The position numbers were made by a program, and so were the translations under genes. Source: a virus. From it: a stretch of 64,000 bases of DNA. The notes beneath the pieces were generated by a model. The model saw nothing but the letters and a program-made list of their open reading frames with translations. It had not been told where the DNA came from and ran no database searches. The stretch covers positions 69,761 to 133,760 of IMG/VR virus record IMGVR_UViG_3300033149_001989; one strand, written 5' to 3'. This document shows positions 56,406 through 64,000 of this stretch, one piece after another (position 1 is the stretch's first letter; the number at the start of each line of letters is the position of its first letter).

Positions 56406-57416
56406 TTATGCCCTCTTTATCACAGTATTGTCAGGATTAAACCAAACTATATTAGTTTTATGTGAAAAACCAGCACGCTTCACATAATCACCAGAATCTG
56501 AAGGCTGGCCATTTGATAGCTGTCCACTAATCACATCAAACCACAAACCGCTACCAGTTGCAAAACTCCAGCTATCGTTACGCATATAGCCCATAAGTAA
56601 CAGCCATATCATCGAATCAGCATCGTTACCTGAAACGACAATAGCTACGTGGGCATCTATTGTATCACCATCGGTTGCGGTAGTCTTCTTCCACTTGCTA
56701 TCACCACCATAGTAAACAGTATTACCAAATACCAAGGATTCTCCCGCAACTCCGCTACAAATTATTCCTGCATAATCCCCATCACTAGAGAGGGAACTTT
56801 CAACACAAATGGTTTTAACAAATTCAACGGCATCTTCATCCTCATTAATGGCAACTACTTTATGTTTCTGACCAACAAAACTTGCAGGTGTATCATCGAG
56901 GTCTAAGAAGTCTTGAACATCACTACCTCCACCTCCACCCGATACTAAAATTTTCTGACCATCAGTCCAAACTTCAGTACCACCTACACCAGAGATTTGA
57001 ATATCTCCTTGTAAGTTATTCAAAGAATCAACATCAAAACCGCCAGTAGTCTCAGCCACAACAATAGTCTGACCACTGACAGTTACTATAATTCCAGCAC
57101 CTCCAGAGATAGTCACAACACCAGTTAAAGTATTAAGTGAGTCAACATCAGGAACATCTTGTCCTGAAACTACGATTATTTGACCTTCTTCAGTTACTTC
57201 TACGATACCTGCTCCTGATAGGGTAACCGAACCAATCAACTCATTAATGGAGTCAACACCAACCCCGTAGCCACCAATAAAAATTCCACCAGAAATAGCG
57301 CCATCTCCCAAATAAAGCTTCTTCTCATCAGTAGCCCATACTGGTTCACCACTTTCAGGAACAATAGCTTCAATTTGAGAGCGTGTTCCTCTTCTAAAAT
57401 ATATTTTTGTTGCCAT
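56406..57416 (-). CDS. tail fibre protein
   Basis: RRGT...GEPVWATDEKKLYLGDG N-terminus; three VDS(I/L)N.L.G.(V/I).(L/I)SG repeats. Confidence 0.8.
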   Translation of the reverse strand: MATKIYFRRGTRSQIEAIVPESGEPVWATDEKKLYLGDGAISGGIFIGGYGVGVDSINELIGSVTLSGAGIVEVTEEGQIIVVSGQDVPDVDSLNTLTGVVTISGGAGIIVTVSGQTIVVAETTGGFDVDSLNNLQGDIQISGVGGTEVWTDGQKILVSGGGGGSDVQDFLDLDDTPASFVGQKHKVVAINEDEDAVEFVKTICVESSLSSDGDYAGIICSGVAGESLVFGNTVYYGGDSKWKKTTATDGDTIDAHVAIVVSGNDADSMIWLLLMGYMRNDSWSFATGSGLWFDVISGQLSNGQPSDSGDYVKRAGFSHKTNIVWFNPDNTVIKRA

Positions 57417-57418
57417 CT

Positions 57419-58561
57419 TTATCCACCTCTAACAAAGTCCGTCCATATTATACTAACCCCAACACAAGCAGGGTTACTCAACTCATCACCTGTTGGAGTT
57501 ATAGCCATCAGCTCCAAAGTAGCACAATCACCAGGGTCAATCTCTGAGAATGGTATTATCATTGCTTCAGTACAATACGCTATCTGCTCCGTAGTAGACG
57601 ATGATTCATAAATATCCTCAATAGTTAATGTTGACTCCCCTGAGTTAACATTTTCATTTACGCCATTTATAACAAGATATTTTATCTGCCACTTTACACG
57701 CTTGCCCGAATCATCTGACCCAATTGAACTCCGTGTCCAATGAATACGTATCGAAATATCCGTACCAACAACCCAATTATCTGGTATATGGAATTTATAA
57801 TAAGCCTTATCATTATCAACTGTAAATTCAAGTGCCGAACAGATACCATAAATATCTATAGCTGGTGGTGAGACAGGATTTTTACCAAGACCATCAGCAG
57901 GAACTAGCAAATGCTCAGTAGTTACTTGTGGTGTTCCATCAAGAATGTCATCCATGGTGGCAGAGCCCCCATCAACCGCAGTCCTATCTACTTCTACCGC
58001 ACCAGAATATGTTTCATTAATACCCCCACCATCATAATACTCAACTGGTCTCCATTCTAATCCAACCTCAGCTTCGTTTACAGTGGGAACTTGTCTATAT
58101 TTATTCCAGTAACTATCTGGTGTATCGATTAGGTCAAGAAAAGTTATAGCCCCGATTACCTCAAAAATCTCGTGCAAAACGGCTTCTACATCCGTTCCGC
58201 TAAAGTCACCCTCGGCATCGTGAACACCAATTAAACTAGCACCAAAGTTTTCCTCTGTTGATTCTAACCCAGACATAGTAGGAACCTCTGCTTCACCCCC
58301 AGTACCAAGTTTAACTGTACCACGCTCCGATAGGGTGGCTACTCTTACTTTTGTTCCCCTTATATCAGCATTTTGGTTTATGTGCCTATCCCAAATGGCA
58401 CCGTTGGCTATGGAACCACCATATGTCTGTGTTCCAGAAACGGTTCCCACAGGAGATTTACTTAAATCAAGTTTATTATCAGTTACATAGGGAAATCTTC
58501 TTTTAAGAAATTCCTGAACAACCCAATCTACAATTTGTTTTGATTCTCTTCTAGTAAGCAT
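57419..58561 (-). CDS. tail-associated protein
   Basis: ATLSERGTVKL, GTDVEAVLHEI, FLDLIDTPDSY fibre-type motifs. Confidence 0.7.
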   Translation of the reverse strand: MLTRRESKQIVDWVVQEFLKRRFPYVTDNKLDLSKSPVGTVSGTQTYGGSIANGAIWDRHINQNADIRGTKVRVATLSERGTVKLGTGGEAEVPTMSGLESTEENFGASLIGVHDAEGDFSGTDVEAVLHEIFEVIGAITFLDLIDTPDSYWNKYRQVPTVNEAEVGLEWRPVEYYDGGGINETYSGAVEVDRTAVDGGSATMDDILDGTPQVTTEHLLVPADGLGKNPVSPPAIDIYGICSALEFTVDNDKAYYKFHIPDNWVVGTDISIRIHWTRSSIGSDDSGKRVKWQIKYLVINGVNENVNSGESTLTIEDIYESSSTTEQIAYCTEAMIIPFSEIDPGDCATLELMAITPTGDELSNPACVGVSIIWTDFVRGG

Positions 58562-61257
58562 TATGTATAAATTATACCTCTAATTGATGGAATATACAAA
58601 GCATAATCGTCATCATTCTGAAGAAATAGTTCATCCTCACACCCCATAGCATCACCACCACCAAAAACAGACACCATCGCTTCCTCTCGATTAAATATCC
58701 TATCAGTTGGGATTTGACCAGCAGTACCATAAAAACCAATATAATCACCTTCGAAAATAGATAAAGCAACTGGTAACGCACGGAATCCGCTAGACACGGT
58801 ACCTAAACTAACATAAGACCTACAAGTATAGTATCCACTTGCTGCTTCCCCCTCTGTTCTGTAAAATATTCCAATCTTGCAATTGCTCACATCTGAAAGA
58901 AAGCGTGCCTGTACCACTCTTACAGTACCGCTCTGCGGTGCTGGATGCGCTAAATTAATCCAAGTACTACCAACAAGCGTGGAAATCCACCTATCAATCG
59001 GGGAAGTACCAACTATGCTAACATTCTCACCTTCTGGGTATACTTCAATGTAAATTTTATCAATAAAAGAGTGACCATGACTACCAGTAGAAGTAAGTCT
59101 ATGTCCCATTTTAATATTGTTAAGTTGTGACTTTGTAAACTTTTCACCAGTATATGGATTATTAATAAAAGCTATAGACTTTAAAGTCATACTACCTGCT
59201 GATAACGGTAATTCACCACAATCCCCTTGGTATCTATTACCATAAGTACTTAACAATGGTATTACATCACCATAGGGATAAGTACTTCTTCCACCATAGA
59301 AACAAAATCTCAACTCAGCAATTTCAACGTCAGCATCTAAGTCCTCAAACTTACACATATAACGTGTCCAGTATTGTTCATTGTAATGAACATATCTACC
59401 ACTGTAAGTGCCCCAAACATAATCTCCTGGTGGTTCCCAAACAGCGTCCTTATCTCTCAACTCTGTCCAACAAATTGGGTATTCACCTCCACAAGCATCC
59501 CCTGCTGCTGGTTGCGTATTAGTTGACTTAAGCTTCTGAGTCGAAGGAGAACAAACTATGTCTGGGTCATCTGCCACTGCACCGTGATTACCATCACCAT
59601 TAGGTAACAAGACATAAGCACTAATAACTGGAAACTCAGCACTAATAACCTCATTTCCGCCCAAAGCCACATCAGCAACAGGAACATTCAAAACCTCAGC
59701 CACAGTTTGACCAAAATTGATTGTTTTGTATAATTTCTCAGTAGTACCAATAAGAGTTACTACCGATTCCCAATCAACATCAATTCGTGTAATCAAACCG
59801 CTTACAGTAGCTGCGGGTATATAACTGAAACCTTCTAATTCTTCACCACTGTGAGTATATAATTTTTCATTTCCACCAACTACAGAATCATTCTCATTCT
59901 CAAGATTAAAACCAACATCTCTCGCTGTTGAAATACCTGATATTGTAGCTGCATACCAAGTAACACCAAAATCGGGGCTTCTATATACTGCTCCACCACC
60001 GAACGTTGCTTGAATCTCATCGTCACGAACAAACAAGCCAGTAAAATCTTGACCACCTGGATTGCTTCTTGCTAATGTCCAACTTGTACCACCATCAACC
60101 GAAACATACACACCACCACTAACAGTACCAACTGCTACCTTATTTGGGTCAAGGTCACTTGACATAATTTCAACAACCATACTGTCAAAATCATAAACAT
60201 TATTCCAAGAAGTAAGCGAGTTCAAACTTCGATATAGTTCACCAGCCTCAGTACCAAAATAAGCAATTTCGTCCCAAGGATAATCTTGAAAGTTACGTTT
60301 GTAATCCATCCAAACAGAGGTAATCGCAGATTCGGCTTCATATACCTTAGTCCACTGTCCACCACCACTCCAACAGTACCATAAGTTTCCACTGTCAGTA
60401 CCAGCAATTGCCATTTTAGCCTTCGGGTCAGCGGCAACACAATTAACAAAAGACCCCATCCCAGATGTTATAACATCCTCACCTGGAACCCATTGTTCAG
60501 TACCGCCAGAATAAATAATTTTAAGCCAGGGGCAAGGTGAACAACATTTTATTGGTCTGCCATACTCATCCGTAGTTGGGTAACCTGACGGTGTCTCATC
60601 ACAATAGGCACCAATAGGACCATAAATAGCAATAACCGCTTCTTGGTCATATGCGGTGGGACGGGTATCATAATTCCAATCTAATGGTTTATCATAACTT
60701 GGAGACAGTCTAAGAGCAATCCTATCAAGACCACCATCAATCGCATATTGCACAGCTTCTGTAACATCGGCAGCAGTCATCCAATGATGCCCATAAGCCA
60801 AGAAATCGATGTAAAATTGATTGAAATCTTCGATTGATGTTATTTTATTCCAAGATGTATCATAGTCATCCTCATCTAACGTCTCGTAGGGAAATACAGT
60901 CGGGTCTGCCGCACCAATATAATGATATATATCAATATCTTGATACGACATCGCAACATTCATATGGAGATTAATACCACCCATACGAAGATAAAGTTCT
61001 GCCGAAACAACTTCACCGCTTGCTGTTGTAGGTAATAAAAACTTCAAGTATGTATGATAAGTAAAACACCAATAATGGTCAGAAATCAAATCAAGCGGAA
61101 ATAGCCAGTCTTTTAGGCACTGAAATCCAATGAGATAGTTTTCATTAACAGTGTTAACATCATAAACACCAGTATCATCACCATCCCATCCATAACTTAT
61201 ATAACCACCTGCTCCAATATTTTTTGGTTGGTCTACCCACCAAACTTGTGTCGTCAT
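58561..61257 (-). CDS. large tail protein with BNR/Asp-box beta-propeller
   Basis: SVDGGTSW, SPDFGVTW, TINFGQT repeats; start at MTTQVWW. Confidence 0.75.
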   Translation of the reverse strand: MTTQVWWVDQPKNIGAGGYISYGWDGDDTGVYDVNTVNENYLIGFQCLKDWLFPLDLISDHYWCFTYHTYLKFLLPTTASGEVVSAELYLRMGGINLHMNVAMSYQDIDIYHYIGAADPTVFPYETLDEDDYDTSWNKITSIEDFNQFYIDFLAYGHHWMTAADVTEAVQYAIDGGLDRIALRLSPSYDKPLDWNYDTRPTAYDQEAVIAIYGPIGAYCDETPSGYPTTDEYGRPIKCCSPCPWLKIIYSGGTEQWVPGEDVITSGMGSFVNCVAADPKAKMAIAGTDSGNLWYCWSGGGQWTKVYEAESAITSVWMDYKRNFQDYPWDEIAYFGTEAGELYRSLNSLTSWNNVYDFDSMVVEIMSSDLDPNKVAVGTVSGGVYVSVDGGTSWTLARSNPGGQDFTGLFVRDDEIQATFGGGAVYRSPDFGVTWYAATISGISTARDVGFNLENENDSVVGGNEKLYTHSGEELEGFSYIPAATVSGLITRIDVDWESVVTLIGTTEKLYKTINFGQTVAEVLNVPVADVALGGNEVISAEFPVISAYVLLPNGDGNHGAVADDPDIVCSPSTQKLKSTNTQPAAGDACGGEYPICWTELRDKDAVWEPPGDYVWGTYSGRYVHYNEQYWTRYMCKFEDLDADVEIAELRFCFYGGRSTYPYGDVIPLLSTYGNRYQGDCGELPLSAGSMTLKSIAFINNPYTGEKFTKSQLNNIKMGHRLTSTGSHGHSFIDKIYIEVYPEGENVSIVGTSPIDRWISTLVGSTWINLAHPAPQSGTVRVVQARFLSDVSNCKIGIFYRTEGEAASGYYTCRSYVSLGTVSSGFRALPVALSIFEGDYIGFYGTAGQIPTDRIFNREEAMVSVFGGGDAMGCEDELFLQNDDDYALYIPSIRGIIYT

Positions 61258-61264
61258 ATATCTC

Positions 61265-62890
61265 CTAATAAAGCTCCTGTTGTATCCAACCTGCTCCACC
61301 ACTATCAGAGCAATATACATACCTATCAGAAGCAACAAAAATAGTTTTCCAGTTTATTTCATCCTCACCAAATTGAACATAAATCTCGTGGGACACCGAA
61401 TTACTCAACGGTGGTGTCCCTTGGTCCTGTACTGTAAGTGTAACATATATAATACCCCCTTCCTCAATAAAGAAATTATGAATTGAACCGCTCGCTGTTT
61501 GTAAACTATCAAACATAGTACCAGAGTACGTCCAAGTAAACAGCAATTCCTCAAAAGGTCCATCTGGGTCATAGGATGACCCACCATCTAAGAACACTTC
61601 GTAAATACCACTCCCATTTGCCAATGTCTCACCCTCAATTCGCCACGTAAACATAGCAATAGGTGAAATATTACCAATAGGAGCCGAACCCTCACCAATA
61701 CCACCCACTAGATTTAAATCCATTAACCATTCACCAGCCGCAAATTGACTTGTATAGTCATAAAGAAAGTAATTAACGGCTGATAGTGTAGCAAACGCAT
61801 CATATACAGACAGAGTTTGTCCAATCTCTAATCTGGAATCACCCTCAATCGTTGCTCTAGCAGTGTACCTTAATCTATTCAAATCGGTATAAATACCAGA
61901 CGCCACCGCAACTACTAATTCAGGAGTATCTAATAAGTAAGACCTAATCTCTGTTCTACGATACGTGGGTGGAGTTGGAACATAATCTGACTCACCAGCC
62001 ACAGTAGCACTAATACCATCATAACCATAAACAGTAACCCAGTTTCTTAAATCGTCATCTTTACTGGCACTCAACGATATTAAATTACCTTCTTGGGTAA
62101 CCGTCCACGAACCATCTTCGTCATATTCCTCAATTTGGCTCTTATACTGCTGTGCGTAAGTATTACTAGCAATTGGTCTAACTTCTCGGCACTGAATGTA
62201 ACCGCTCTTATCTGCCCAGAGACGATAACCAATCAAATCACAAATACGAACGCACGCCTCCATTGCCGATTCATATACAAAAACAGCGGTAGCATTATTA
62301 CCAATAACATATGACCCCGATGCTGGATACTCTTCAAAGTCCAGCATTAATTTGTTTTCTGGGATGCCGCTTTCGGTAAGCAAATCTGTAATAACCTTTT
62401 GAACCTGTCTATCATAAACACTCTGACCACCCATAGGATTGCCACTCTCATCTAACTCACTACTATCAGCAATTGCAGAATATACCTTTCTGTTTGAGTT
62501 GATAAGGTAATTATCTTGGGCAAGTTTAAGTATATCACGACATTCCAATCTAACAATTTCTGGTGGGTTAGAATATTCTACTCTATCTATAAAACCGAAG
62601 AAAACTGTCCTAAAAGTTGAACGCTTCGTCCACCCCTGTTCTATTTCAACTCTACCCATTGGAGCAAAACGAACATAACTACCATCAATTTCCATTGGAG
62701 TTTTCAACTCTAAAGAGCAAGTGGTACTTGCTTGGTCAAATCCGTAAGTTATATTACACGAAATAACTTCTGGATAATATCTTCTTCCCAAAGCAGTAAC
62801 ACTCGGTTTTTGCCCATCAAGAAATTTAGTAACCGTGACTCTTATTATTGGAGTTTTTACTTTTTTGGTATATTCTTCAATGTACCCCAT
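61265..62890 (-). CDS. tail hub/baseplate-like protein with PKD domain
   Basis: VFFGFIDRV, GDSRLEIGQ, LDGGSSYDPDG...VTLTVQD. Confidence 0.7.
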   Translation of the reverse strand: MGYIEEYTKKVKTPIIRVTVTKFLDGQKPSVTALGRRYYPEVISCNITYGFDQASTTCSLELKTPMEIDGSYVRFAPMGRVEIEQGWTKRSTFRTVFFGFIDRVEYSNPPEIVRLECRDILKLAQDNYLINSNRKVYSAIADSSELDESGNPMGGQSVYDRQVQKVITDLLTESGIPENKLMLDFEEYPASGSYVIGNNATAVFVYESAMEACVRICDLIGYRLWADKSGYIQCREVRPIASNTYAQQYKSQIEEYDEDGSWTVTQEGNLISLSASKDDDLRNWVTVYGYDGISATVAGESDYVPTPPTYRRTEIRSYLLDTPELVVAVASGIYTDLNRLRYTARATIEGDSRLEIGQTLSVYDAFATLSAVNYFLYDYTSQFAAGEWLMDLNLVGGIGEGSAPIGNISPIAMFTWRIEGETLANGSGIYEVFLDGGSSYDPDGPFEELLFTWTYSGTMFDSLQTASGSIHNFFIEEGGIIYVTLTVQDQGTPPLSNSVSHEIYVQFGEDEINWKTIFVASDRYVYCSDSGGAGWIQQELY

Positions 62891-62891
62891 T

Positions 62892-63299
62892 TTACATCTT
62901 TACCAAAGTAATTTCCACGTCATACGTATCCTCACCAGAACCTGGGAAAGTACCCGTAGTTGGATGAACATTAGCCACCATTGCAATTATAAAACAATTA
63001 AAGGCAGGATGAGTCGGATAGAGGTGGTCTCTACAATTATAGATAATCTGCTTCCTCAAGTAAAAGTCACGCAATTTTCTAGTCATTGTACCAGTAATCG
63101 CAGTAAATGAAATAGTTCGTCTAGCTCCGTGAAAACCGTCAATCTGTATATTAGGAGTGTTAGCCCCAATAATTTCTAATTCAGCCATTCGTGGTTCATA
63201 AATCCAACCAGAATCACCACCATATCTATCTGGGTTTCGTGGGAAAGTGTATTCATTATCTCCACCGACATCAAATTTCCATCTAATAACAGTAGTCAT
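62892..63299 (-). CDS. distal-tail-like protein
   Basis: Position between tape-measure-like and hub genes. Confidence 0.5.
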   Translation of the reverse strand: MTTVIRWKFDVGGDNEYTFPRNPDRYGGDSGWIYEPRMAELEIIGANTPNIQIDGFHGARRTISFTAITGTMTRKLRDFYLRKQIIYNCRDHLYPTHPAFNCFIIAMVANVHPTTGTFPGSGEDTYDVEITLVKM

Positions 63300-63300
63300 A

Positions 63301-64000
63301 TTAACCTCTTCTTGTACCTAGCGAACTTATACCAACATAGTCTGCTCTCGTAATTTTCTCAAATTCTGAACGACCTTCGGTACTAGTTCTTGATTTGTTA
63401 ATTGCGTATCTCAATGACTGTATCTCCTGTCTCAAACCAAGAATCCCCAAGTTAATGCTTGACAAGAATTGCTGCGATATTAACAAGGCTCTATACTGAT
63501 TACTCAAGATAGAATTAGTACTTGTTAATGCCTCACCAGAGACAACAACTTCACGCTTATGTAAATAGTATGGACCAGTTTCTCTAACCAGACCACCATG
63601 CTGCATACTACGATTAGAAACAAATTCCATCCATAAATCCCACAAACCTTGTTGCTGAGGACCAAAACCACCATATTCAGAACCGAGAGTACGCATTGCC
63701 CAATATCTATTTGGACGCTGATACCAACTAGGAAGATTGTACTCTACTTCAAGCATCTTCTCTTGAGTCCTAGTATTCTCCTGAACGATTCTACCAAGCA
63801 TTTCGAGAGCTAATGTATTTTCTTCTAATCTTAGCATATCACCAGTTAGTGGGTCAACCAGTGTTAACACAGATTCTTCCATCTTACCAAGTGACCTTGC
63901 TAACGCTGTTAACCCCCCTAACCTACCAAGCTGTTCCCTGTATGCTTGGATAGTTTCAGCACCTACCAATCTAACTTGAGTTGGTCTTTGAAACTCAGCA
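63301..64000 (-). CDS. tape-measure-like protein, C-terminal part (truncated by window)
   Basis: Helical; MQHGGLVRETGPYYLHKREVV motif typical of tape-measure C-termini. Confidence 0.6.
   Translation of the reverse strand, partial: AEFQRPTQVRLVGAETIQAYREQLGRLGGLTALARSLGKMEESVLTLVDPLTGDMLRLEENTLALEMLGRIVQENTRTQEKMLEVEYNLPSWYQRPNRYWAMRTLGSEYGGFGPQQQGLWDLWMEFVSNRSMQHGGLVRETGPYYLHKREVVVSGEALTSTNSILSNQYRALLISQQFLSSINLGILGLRQEIQSLRYAINKSRTSTEGRSEFEKITRADYVGISSLGTRRG

Noticed and set aside
611-63110. Antisense ORFs in the track (e.g. 611, 6722, 7522, 11956, 19964, 51285, 62835)
   Set aside because: They lie opposite well-supported genes or lack motifs, and break the clear strand organisation.
1-64000. 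Stop-codon reassignment
   Set aside because: Long conserved genes are intact in the standard code and end with TAA, TAG or TGA; no suppressor tRNA was found.

Overview
This is a 64 kb, AT-rich segment of a large tailed-phage genome using the standard genetic code. A + strand arm (1-18.7 kb) of accessory genes converges at a bidirectional terminator on a - strand arm. Read right to left, the - arm carries tail genes (55-64 kb), a replication/recombination/nucleotide block (SSB, primase, DnaB, resolvase, ThyX, RNase H, family A DNA polymerase, dCMP deaminase, RecA, Cas4-like nuclease), translation genes (IF3 C-domain, bS21), about 30 tRNA or tRNA-like genes and an RNase P RNA. A CCA-adding enzyme, RNA ligase and peptide deformylase sit on the + arm. 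Three inteins and six methyltransferases are present. The most striking unexplained signal is a 12-residue peptide, C-x2-C-x2-[RK]-[FY]-x-C-[WYF]-T, found in about 19 mostly unrelated small proteins at N-terminal, internal or C-terminal positions, which suggests a portable metal/Fe-S-binding tag system. Other oddities are tRNAs with swapped variable-arm classes, a D-armless tRNA-like gene, C74 retained in all 12 CCA-less tRNA genes, an RNase P RNA with a rebuilt specificity domain, several candidate structured ncRNAs and apparent GATC/CCGG avoidance. All family calls come from recognising motifs by eye; no searches were run, and frameshifts or deletions could be assembly errors.
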